In this document: in pieces, positions 1 to 6,558 of the stretch
Layout of the letters: the number at the start of each line of letters is the position of its first letter
How positions within the stretch are numbered: the stretch's first letter is position 1
Virus record (IMG/VR): IMGVR_UViG_3300027892_000003
Direction: 5' to 3' (one strand)
Source: a virus
Length of the DNA stretch: 31,656 bases
Made by a program: the position numbers and the translations under genes
Notes under the pieces: model-generated
The model's input: the letters and a program-made list of their open reading frames with translations, nothing else
The model's database searches: none
Told to the model about the DNA's origin: nothing

Positions 1-99
1 CGTGGGCCAAAGAGACGGCTATGCCACTGGCGGCGCTCAACCGTTTTGCCAAAGCGGGCGTCCCTGATGAGTTGGTTTCTGTCCTGACTGAGCCTGGCG
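1..99. repeat. Terminal direct repeat, copy 1 (identical to 31558..31656)
   Basis: Read base by base: cgtgggccaaagagacggctatgcc...gagcctggcg occurs at both window ends, 99/99 identical. Confidence 0.97.
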
Positions 100-287
100 G
101 CAAGGTGATTTACCATGACGGGCCAGAGGGCGATCTGGACGCGCTAGGGGTGGAAGCCGCCGGTTACGTCAACGAGTGGGCTGCTGTTGTAGCTGGCGGC
201 GACACTGGTGCTGACATTTGCCCAGAAGCCCGCGAGAGGCTGTTCAAGCGCCGCACGCGCCTGCTTGCTGCGGCGGGGGTGCGCTGA
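3..287 (+). CDS. C-terminal part of a junction-spanning early ORF (CII-like / HTH regulator candidate). The true start is ATG 31425 at the other end of the window.
   Basis: The frame is open from base 3. The frame of ATG 31425 runs through the 99-bp overlap into 21..287 without a stop, giving 139 aa on the circle. The segment LSFKALHYDTGIPVATLQSWAK looks like an HTH. The gene sits directly downstream of cro. Confidence 0.6.
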   Translation, partial: WAKETAMPLAALNRFAKAGVPDELVSVLTEPGGKVIYHDGPEGDLDALGVEAAGYVNEWAAVVAGGDTGADICPEARERLFKRRTRLLAAAGVR

Positions 288-288
288 C

Positions 289-645
289 ATGCAATGGCGT
301 CAGTGGACACGCGACGAAATCCGCCAAGCTGTCGAAATGCGCAAAGCTGGGCTTTCTGCCGCGTACATCGCCGAGGTTGTCGGCAAATCTGAAAACACTG
401 TGCGCGACAAGATGCGCCGCCTTGGCATTAAGCTCACGCCTGAGCAGCGTGCTGCCGTCAACGCCCGCTGTGGGATGGGTAATGCAGGGGGCATCCGCAA
501 CAACCAGTTTGCGACCGGGCCTGAAGCGGGTGGGTTGCAGACTGCCTGTGAACTTAAACTGGCCTGTGAGGCGTTTGAGCTTCTTTATTGCGATTGGGCA
601 GAACGGCATAATCAGCCGATCTTTGGCTACCGGGCCGCCGCATGA
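289..645 (+). CDS. GcrA-like HTH protein (GcrA N-terminal DNA-binding domain homolog)
   Basis: MQWRQWTRDEIRQAVEMRKAGLSAAYIAEVVGKSENTVRDKMRRLGIK matches the W-T-x-E...G-x-S-A-x-x-I-A...S-x-N-x-V-x-x-K-x-x-R-L-G pattern of the GcrA N-terminus. ATG 289 follows the upstream stop (285..287). The 208 start in the ORF track is an unlikely extension. Confidence 0.65.
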   Translation: MQWRQWTRDEIRQAVEMRKAGLSAAYIAEVVGKSENTVRDKMRRLGIKLTPEQRAAVNARCGMGNAGGIRNNQFATGPEAGGLQTACELKLACEAFELLYCDWAERHNQPIFGYRAAA

Positions 646-938
646 TTGGCCGCACCGCACGCCGCATGGCCATTATCGATGAGGTTGCCGCAGCGCATGA
701 TCTTACGCGCGCCGATCTGTTGAGCAATATCAAGGTGCGCCTGATCGTGCGCGCCCGCGATGAGGCCATTGCACGCCTTCGCGCCGAAACCGGGGACAGC
801 TTGCTGCAAATAGCGGCGTTTCTGGGTCGGCCTGATCACACCAGCATTTGGGCCGCGCTTAACAGGCAGACCAAGCGGGCAAAGAACGCCGCATGGGCGC
901 GCAAGACACACGCTGCAAACACGGAGGCGCAGGCATGA
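642..938 (+). CDS. DnaA domain IV-like (Bac_DnaA_C) HTH DNA-binding protein
   Basis: IIDEVAAAHDLTRADLLSNIKVRLIVRARDEAIARLRAETGDSLLQIAAFLGRPDHTSIWAALNR parallels E. coli DnaA domain IV (...DLLS.RR.R.V...R..AM.L..ELT..SL..IG..FG.RDHTTV.HA..K). ATGA overlap with the upstream stop. Confidence 0.7.
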   Translation: MIGRTARRMAIIDEVAAAHDLTRADLLSNIKVRLIVRARDEAIARLRAETGDSLLQIAAFLGRPDHTSIWAALNRQTKRAKNAAWARKTHAANTEAQA

Positions 939-1069
939 TCGCGCTGCTGCCGTGGCGCTGGCAAGCGCGCATCATGAACTTCTTTGGCAAGCCGGTGTAC
1001 GTCATCGCCATGTTGGTCGAGCAGCCGATTGATGACGTTGCGGCATATCTATTTCGGCGGGCCGCATGA
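935..1069 (+). CDS. Small hypothetical protein (44 aa), not in the ORF track
   Basis: ATG 935 overlaps the TGA of the upstream gene (ATGA) and its own TGA overlaps ATG 1066 (ATGA). It fills the only gap in a chain of coupled genes. Translation: MIALLPWRWQARIMNFFGKPVYVIAMLVEQPIDDVAAYLFRRAA. Confidence 0.5.
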   Translation: MIALLPWRWQARIMNFFGKPVYVIAMLVEQPIDDVAAYLFRRAA

Positions 1070-1509
1070 GCCGCGCCTGGACGCCTGAACAGCTTGCCGC
1101 GCTGGAAAAGCCGGTGAAGCGCACCCGCGTGGGCAAGGCCGTCAAAGGCGGCCCAACTGAGCGCGTTATTCAGCGCGGCATCGTGAAGGGATTGCGGGCG
1201 CAGCATCTGCGCGTGATCCACATCCCTAACGGCGGCCAATACAACGGCGACAACATCGCACGGCTGCGCATGGCGATGGCGAAAAGGATGGATGGCGAGG
1301 TCGCGGGCTTTCCCGATCTGCTGGTGCTGCGTCCACTAAAGCGCGGCGGGCCAGACGTTGGGCTGCTGGAAGTCAAGCGGGCCGGCGGTGTGCTTTCTGA
1401 GCGGCAAGTGGCGACACTGGCGCACCTAGAGGCTGATGGGTTTCGGGCGGCGGTTGTCACGTCACTTGATGAGGCTTTGGCTACGATCAAGCGGTGGGGG
1501 TGGGTGTGA
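1066..1509 (+). CDS. VRR-NUC domain nuclease (PD-(D/E)XK fold)
   Basis: GFPDLLVLRP...GLLEVKRAGGVLSERQVATLAHLEADGFRAAVVTSLDEA is the classic VRR-NUC D...E-x-K...Q core. Confidence 0.8.
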   Translation: MSRAWTPEQLAALEKPVKRTRVGKAVKGGPTERVIQRGIVKGLRAQHLRVIHIPNGGQYNGDNIARLRMAMAKRMDGEVAGFPDLLVLRPLKRGGPDVGLLEVKRAGGVLSERQVATLAHLEADGFRAAVVTSLDEALATIKRWGWV

Positions 1510-1760
1510 GCGGCTTTAGCCAGTTTCGTCCCGATCCGAGCGCCCGTGAAAGCGCACAGATCAAGCTGACCCGCGACCGGGCCAAGCTGGTGGAAGCCCG
1601 CTGCGCCTCGCACGGCGCGGATGATCTGAAGGGCTGGCTGAACGGCATCGGCGTGAACGCCTGGGGCAGCACGGATCGCAGTGAGGCGCTGGCGATTATC
1701 AAGCGCGAACTGGGCGTGACGGCGTGGCGCGATGCGCTTGATGTGGTGGTGCTGTTTTGA
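1494..1760 (+). CDS. Hypothetical early protein
   Basis: ORF with GTG start candidates at 1494, 1500 and 1506; the 1506 GTG overlaps the upstream TGA. Codon third positions are GC-rich. No recognisable motif. Confidence 0.5.
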   Translation: MGVGVSGFSQFRPDPSARESAQIKLTRDRAKLVEARCASHGADDLKGWLNGIGVNAWGSTDRSEALAIIKRELGVTAWRDALDVVVLF

Positions 1761-2353
1761 CCGTGGCCGCCGCCTGGTATGCCGCCCGCCGCGCAATTTA
1801 TAAGCGCGAGGAACGCACCGCTGTGCATGATGCGATGGCCAATGCGCTGCGCTGTGATTGGGCCGATTGGTGGTCAATGCTGCCGTTTGCGCCGATCCAA
1901 GTCGATGGGATGTGGTGGATCGCTGCTAGCGACACGCTCAACATTGACGGCGACATACTGCTGATCGACGGCGTGTCTGGCGCAATGCGCTGGGCCGACG
2001 ATGACCGCGCTGTTGGCTTTTGGGGTGGCAACCGCAGCGCCGGTCATCTGCGCGTCTATGCCGATGGCTTGGCCCTTGCCCGCGCTTGGGTGGTTGAACG
2101 CCGCGCCGCCTGGTCACGCATCAAGGCCGCTGGCGAGGCACACCGCACGCCTGAAATGTTTGAACAGGCCGCGCTGCCCGGTTTTGCCATGATCGGCACA
2201 CCTGAACGCATCGGTAACTTCGCCGCCATCATGGGCGCTGACAGCATTGAAATCGACACGCCAAGCCTGCGCAACCCGCTGGCCGACGCGATCTTGAGGG
2301 CCGCCAGACTGCCGGTTGTGCGCGTGCGCAAGCCGGAACTGGTGGCCGCCTGA
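1757..2353 (+). CDS. Hypothetical replication-module protein
   Basis: 198-aa ORF with a TTG start overlapping the upstream stop, immediately upstream of the helicase gene. No motif I can name. Confidence 0.55.
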   Translation: MTVAAAWYAARRAIYKREERTAVHDAMANALRCDWADWWSMLPFAPIQVDGMWWIAASDTLNIDGDILLIDGVSGAMRWADDDRAVGFWGGNRSAGHLRVYADGLALARAWVVERRAAWSRIKAAGEAHRTPEMFEQAALPGFAMIGTPERIGNFAAIMGADSIEIDTPSLRNPLADAILRAARLPVVRVRKPELVAA

Positions 2354-2354
2354 A

Positions 2355-3884
2355 ATGGATGATGGTGACGATATGAACGCTCATTACAGTCAATGGGGCG
2401 CAGACGCCAAGCAGCAGCCTGTTGGCGGTCTTGACCTTATCGACGTTGGAAGCTGGGAAGGCGTCACCTTGCCAGAGCGCGAGTGGGTGGTGCCTGGCTG
2501 GATTCTGCCGCGCGCTGTCACCCTAATTTCAGGCGCAGGCGGCACCGGCAAGTCGCTGCTGATCCAGCAATGGCTTTCCGCAATTGCGCTGGGCGATGGC
2601 TTTATGGGAACGCGCGGCACTGCCCCGGTGCCGGCGCTGTACGTCAACTGCGAGGATGACGCCGAAGAACTGCAACGCCGCCAAGCCGCCATTGCCAAGA
2701 CGTTTAACCGGCGCATGGCATCCTATGCCGGCCAGCTTCATCTAGTCGCGCGCCTGGGCATGGACAACCCCATTGGCGTGATCGGTGATGACGGCAAGTT
2801 TAAGCCTAACCAGTTCTTTGACGATATCCGCGATGCCGCGTTACTGGTCGGCGCTAAGGTTATCGCGCTCGACAACGCCATGCAACTCTATGTCGGCAAC
2901 CTCAACGATCCGCGCGAAGTGACTGTGTTCTGCAACGCACTCACCCGCTTGGCGATTGAAACCGGCGCGGCGGTGATCTTGGCTGGCCATGTCGCCAAGG
3001 CGCAGGGCAGTGAGTTTGCCGGCACGATGGCATGGGAAAACGCGGTGCGTATGCGCCTGTTTCTCAAGCGCGAACTGGATGAGAAGGGCGAGGAAGTTGA
3101 GGACAGCGACCGCCGCATTCTCACACGCGGCAAGGCCAACAGCGCCCGCAAGGGTGAGCGCCTGACCATGATCTGGCACGAGGGCGCGTTTCACGACGAG
3201 AGCAAGATTGCCGGCACTGAGGGGCGTCTGGTGCAGGAAGATGTGGCGTTCTTGCGGTGCCTGAATGCGGTCACAGAACAGCGCCGTCACGTCTCACACA
3301 TGCCCGCTGCCAACTTTGCCCCCAAGGTTTTTGCCGGGATGCCGGAAGCGTCTGGCGTGTCTCGCAAGGCGCTAGAGCAGGCAATGGAACGGCTGTTTAG
3401 CAGCGGCGAAATTGTGGCCAATCAGAACTTGTGGCGCGACGAAAAGAACCGCCGCTGGGCTGTTGGGATTGCGCTCAAACCCCGCGTAAACCCTGAAAAT
3501 GAGGGCGCGCAAACCCCGCGCAAACCCGAAAGGGCCGAAACGGATGTAGACGCTGTTTTTGAGGATAAAGTGGCCATGTTTCAAGCGTTTGCGCGCGATT
3601 TTTCAAGCGCGCAAACCACTGCGCAAACCCTGCACCAAACCCCGCGCAAACCCCGCGCAAACCCCGCGCAAACCCGCGCACAGACCCCCCTATATACTAC
3701 GTATATATCCGGTGGGGCCGATGGCACCCCCACCGGAGAAGCAGATTACGATTTGGAAGCTGGGCCGCAGCCGTTGCCGGATGATGCTGGCTATCTCGCC
3801 GCAGTGCAGGCCGAGCTTAACGATGTGCCTTGGTATGCACCCGATGACCTGACTGAGTTTAACAACCAAGAGCCGCTGATCTGA
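2355..3884 (+). CDS. AAA_25 / RepA-DnaB-like replicative helicase-initiator with a C-terminal winged-helix-like region
   Basis: Walker A LISGAGGTGKS, followed by ALYVNCEDD and VIALDN (Walker B-like), as in the RecA-fold AAA_25 family. ATG 2355 lies just after the upstream stop at 2353. The C-terminal low-complexity AQTPRKP repeats coincide with DNA iterons. Confidence 0.8.
   Translation: MDDGDDMNAHYSQWGADAKQQPVGGLDLIDVGSWEGVTLPEREWVVPGWILPRAVTLISGAGGTGKSLLIQQWLSAIALGDGFMGTRGTAPVPALYVNCEDDAEELQRRQAAIAKTFNRRMASYAGQLHLVARLGMDNPIGVIGDDGKFKPNQFFDDIRDAALLVGAKVIALDNAMQLYVGNLNDPREVTVFCNALTRLAIETGAAVILAGHVAKAQGSEFAGTMAWENAVRMRLFLKRELDEKGEEVEDSDRRILTRGKANSARKGERLTMIWHEGAFHDESKIAGTEGRLVQEDVAFLRCLNAVTEQRRHVSHMPAANFAPKVFAGMPEASGVSRKALEQAMERLFSSGEIVANQNLWRDEKNRRWAVGIALKPRVNPENEGAQTPRKPERAETDVDAVFEDKVAMFQAFARDFSSAQTTAQTLHQTPRKPRANPAQTRAQTPLYTTYISGGADGTPTGEADYDLEAGPQPLPDDAGYLAAVQAELNDVPWYAPDDLTEFNNQEPLI
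3483..3710. promoter_or_regulatory. Candidate origin of replication: iterons plus an AT-rich palindrome inside the helicase gene
   Basis: Seven perfect GCGCAAACC 9-mers at 3507, 3518, 3609, 3621, 3644, 3655 and 3666, mostly spaced 11 nt apart. Degenerate copies at 3484, 3633 and 3676. One inverted copy (GTTTGCGCGC 3587..3596, pairing with GCGCGCAAAC 3607..3616). These are followed by tatatactacgtatatat (3691..3708), the most AT-rich spot in the gene. Confidence 0.6.
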
Positions 3885-3911
3885 TCGCCAACCAGCTTAG
3901 GAGTTGCACCG

Positions 3912-4445
3912 ATGCCGAAAGCCAAGCGCAAAGCCACGCCGCAGCCGATTGGCGACTTCGTTGATCAGATCAGGGCAGGGGATGGCTTTACCGATGCCCG
4001 CGTGGTGATGATGCCCGGCGAGGTAAAACGGGAGGCGCTGAACACGCGGCGCAAACTTTGCCCGGCAATGCGGTGGTCTTGGCTGTCGCTAGATCAACGG
4101 AGCATCTTGGTGCTGTTCGCCCAGGCAGCCGATGACGCGGGCTATGGCACCGTTCGCAGCGCGCTGTGTGAGCCGACGGGGGAAGGCATGGGCAACAGCG
4201 CAGAACGCTTGTTCGCACGCCGGCAGCGTTACGCTGCGATGCGCAATGCCTGCCGTGACCAGGCGGCCATGATCTTGACGTGCGAGGCGCTTGATCCGCC
4301 AGACCGCGAGACGTTCGATCAGACAGCGCAGCGGCTGTGCATTGGCAGCAGGGATGCGGCACGGTTGCGGGCGCAGATGCAGATCGGCTATGTGGCTGAT
4401 GATCTGTTGGCGTGGAAGGTGATGGGTGAGCGCAGTGCCGCTTGA
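3912..4445 (+). CDS. Hypothetical protein; last gene of the early operon (possible late-gene regulator by position)
   Basis: AGGAG lies 8 nt upstream of ATG 3912. The 177-aa product has a possible C-terminal HTH (ETFDQTAQRLCIGSRDAARLRAQ). A promoter-like element and a strong terminator follow. Confidence 0.6.
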   Translation: MPKAKRKATPQPIGDFVDQIRAGDGFTDARVVMMPGEVKREALNTRRKLCPAMRWSWLSLDQRSILVLFAQAADDAGYGTVRSALCEPTGEGMGNSAERLFARRQRYAAMRNACRDQAAMILTCEALDPPDRETFDQTAQRLCIGSRDAARLRAQMQIGYVADDLLAWKVMGERSAA

Positions 4446-4516
4446 CGCCCCGCGCGGCAGATGATAGGAAACAGCTATTGATTGTAGCTGCGCCTAGCGC
4501 ACTTGATTAAGTGAAG

Positions 4517-4551
4517 CCCCTGCACCTCGCCCGGTGTGGGGGTTTTTCTTT
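4517..4551 (+). terminator. Rho-independent terminator between the early and late operons
   Basis: CCCCTGCACC (4517..4526) pairs with GGTGTGGGGG (4533..4542): 10 bp including 2 G-U pairs. The loop is tcgccc and TTTTTCTTT follows. Confidence 0.8.
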
Positions 4552-4600
4552 AGGCTTCCCCTCACGGGGCGCTGGCCACGACACAAGCCCATAGCATCAG

Positions 4601-4888
4601 ATGGCCAGCGATATGACCGCAGCAACCGAGCGCGTTCGTGGCAGAGCGTGGCAGCGCATCCGGCGAGAGGTGCTGATGGCCGAGCCGCTGTGCCGCATCT
4701 GTCTGGCCAGTGATCGGGTGACGGCAGCCGCTGAAGTCGATCACATCGTGCCGTTGCACCTTGGCGGTCACGCAACCTGGCGGGGCAATCTGCGGGCGCT
4801 GTGTCGTCAATGCCATGTGGACGTGACCAACGAGGCGATGGGGCATCGGGTGAAGGTCGTTGTGGGGTTAGATGGCTGGCCAGCGTGA
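4601..4888 (+). CDS. HNH endonuclease (packaging-associated type)
   Basis: CRICLASDRVTAAAEVDHIVPLHLGGHATWRGNLRALCRQCH carries the CxxC...DH...N...CxxCH HNH motif. It sits just upstream of terS, as in HK97-like cos phages. Confidence 0.9.
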   Translation: MASDMTAATERVRGRAWQRIRREVLMAEPLCRICLASDRVTAAAEVDHIVPLHLGGHATWRGNLRALCRQCHVDVTNEAMGHRVKVVVGLDGWPA

Positions 4889-4992
4889 CCGGGGGGGCAA
4901 AATCTTCCCAGATTTCAAAGCCGGAAACCGGTCGGTTGCACAAAAAATAACGCTAACACAGTTTCTCGCCCATGCGCGCGGAGGGGTCATCG

Positions 4993-5463
4993 ATGCCACG
5001 CAAGCAGAGGGTCGATAGCGCCACCGCACACGTCAAGATCGTGCAAGCGGCCAACTTGGAATTGGCCCCGCCGAAGCATGTTCCGCTGATCAAAAACGAT
5101 ATGCCGTTCTGGCAGACGGTGATCGCTGAAAAGCCAAAAGCTGAGTGGACGCCGCACGATCTGGAGTTTGCCGCGCACCTGGCCGCATCGATGCGCAAGC
5201 TGGGTGAGCAAGAGGCCGAGCTGGAACGCGAGGGGCCGGTTTACACAACCGCTGGTGGCAACATGGCGCAGAATCCGCGTTGCCGTGTGGTTGCCGATCT
5301 GGCCGCGCGGGTGCTGAAATATCGGCAGACGTTGGGCATTCACAACCGTGCCAAGGAAGGCGAGGCGCGTGACGTGGCCAAGCGCCGGGGGCAGGCCAAG
5401 GCGGTTGAGGCTGGCGCATCGGTTGCTGACGATCTGATTGCCCGCGCACCCGCTTTGCACTAA
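4993..5463 (+). CDS. terS: Terminase small subunit, P27 family
   Basis: GGAGGGG RBS before ATG 4993. Motifs: LAPPKHVPL...FWQTVIAE...WTPHDLEFAAHL...NPRCRVVADLAARVLKYRQTLGIHNRAK. Position between the HNH gene and terL. Confidence 0.75.
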   Translation: MPRKQRVDSATAHVKIVQAANLELAPPKHVPLIKNDMPFWQTVIAEKPKAEWTPHDLEFAAHLAASMRKLGEQEAELEREGPVYTTAGGNMAQNPRCRVVADLAARVLKYRQTLGIHNRAKEGEARDVAKRRGQAKAVEAGASVADDLIARAPALH

Positions 5464-5529
5464 AACAGACGAAGCCCGGAAGCGTTGGAGCGCAACCGGG
5501 CCTCTAATCCACAACCTGTAGGAGCAGGC

Positions 5530-6558
5530 ATGGACTACCACCGGATTTACCGCGAATTCATTGCTGACCGCAAGGCCAACTCAAGGCCGGATGGCTACAC
5601 GGAACGACATCACATTTTGCCAAGGTCGCTTGGCGGTGACAATTCATCTAGCAATCTGATTGACCTGACTGCCGAGGATCACGTTTTTGCACACGTCTTG
5701 CTGGCCAAGATGCATGGCGGCGTCATGTGGGCGCCGGTCATTGCAATCTTTGGCCAGACGATAGCGCGGCGCATACCGACGCGGCGCGAAATCAGATTGT
5801 TTGCCCTAGCACGCCAGAAGTCGCGCGAGGCCATGAAGGGGGCGGGCAATCCGTTTTACGGTCGCCGGCACTCAACTGAACTGGTTGAGGCAATGCGCGA
5901 TGGCACGGTTTACGAGTTGTCTGACGGCAAGCGCGTTGTTGGCGGCACCCGGCATGAGCTGGTTGAAATAACCGGAGTGGATTTGCCTAACATAGCCCGC
6001 TTGGTGGTTGGCGCGCGCAAGAATGCTAAGGGTTGGTATTCAACCGCACACAATCCTGATGGGGTCAGAGGGTCGGCCCTACGCAGCCAAATGTGTCGCA
6101 GCAAAGATGTGGTTGCGCTTTGGCATCACGACGGTAGGCGCTGGGCTGGAACACGGGTTGAGTTCCGTGAGCAGTTTGGTGCGAGGCTATACTTTCAGTC
6201 TGGCGATGGCCATGTCCAAGGTTGGTATCGCAGCGCAGAACAAGCTGCGGGGCATGAGGCAAGGGTGAAGCTAAAAGCCATTGCTGCTGCTGAGGCTCGT
6301 GGCTGCATTGCTGGAAGTCGCAATCCGATGGCTGGCGCTGACCGTCGCAAGGACGCTGCCGTGCATCTGATTGGGCCAGGCGGCGCTGAATACAAAGGAT
6401 CGTTGAAGGCTTTTGCCGACAATCTCGGCATTGGCCCTTCACACTTCGCAACGGTCAAAAAAACCTTTGCGGGAAAGCGTTTTGTTGGTGGCTACCAAGT
6501 CAAAAGCTGGAAAGGCTGGCGCGCCGTCGCGTTCCGACAAGGTGATCCGCTTCATTGA
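5530..6558 (+). CDS. Free-standing HNH homing endonuclease with NUMOD3-like repeats
   Basis: AGGAG RBS before ATG 5530. HNH core: HHILPRSLGGDNSSSNLIDLTAEDHVFAH. NUMOD3-like motifs: GAGNPFYGRRHS and GSRNPMAGADRR. Hand counts on 60-nt samples give about 45 to 57 percent GC, below the flanking genes. It lies between terS and terL. Confidence 0.8.
   Translation: MDYHRIYREFIADRKANSRPDGYTERHHILPRSLGGDNSSSNLIDLTAEDHVFAHVLLAKMHGGVMWAPVIAIFGQTIARRIPTRREIRLFALARQKSREAMKGAGNPFYGRRHSTELVEAMRDGTVYELSDGKRVVGGTRHELVEITGVDLPNIARLVVGARKNAKGWYSTAHNPDGVRGSALRSQMCRSKDVVALWHHDGRRWAGTRVEFREQFGARLYFQSGDGHVQGWYRSAEQAAGHEARVKLKAIAAAEARGCIAGSRNPMAGADRRKDAAVHLIGPGGAEYKGSLKAFADNLGIGPSHFATVKKTFAGKRFVGGYQVKSWKGWRAVAFRQGDPLH

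Noticed and set aside
1-99. The 99-bp repeat as a genuine virion direct terminal repeat (DTR packaging).
   Set aside because: The repeat cuts through an ORF. The genome has the HNH-cos-terS arrangement typical of cohesive-end packaging, and 99 is a standard assembler k-mer size. I cannot exclude a true DTR without read data.
208-645. Longer N-terminal extensions offered by the ORF track (starts at 208, 2316, 4972, 5485, 12364, 15228, 20874, 23649, 23825, 24829, 25679, 25861, 30234(-), 31034(-)).
   Set aside because: In each case an internal ATG/GTG with an SD-like sequence or a 1- to 4-nt stop/start overlap gives a compact, non-overlapping operon. The extensions would overlap the preceding gene or regulatory sites and encode low-complexity Arg/Cys-rich peptides.
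3507-3686. A CRISPR-like array of short repeats (GCGCAAACC units).
   Set aside because: The units are 9 nt at 11 to 12 nt spacing, with no spacers of CRISPR size. They lie inside a coding region and no cas genes are present. Iterons fit better.
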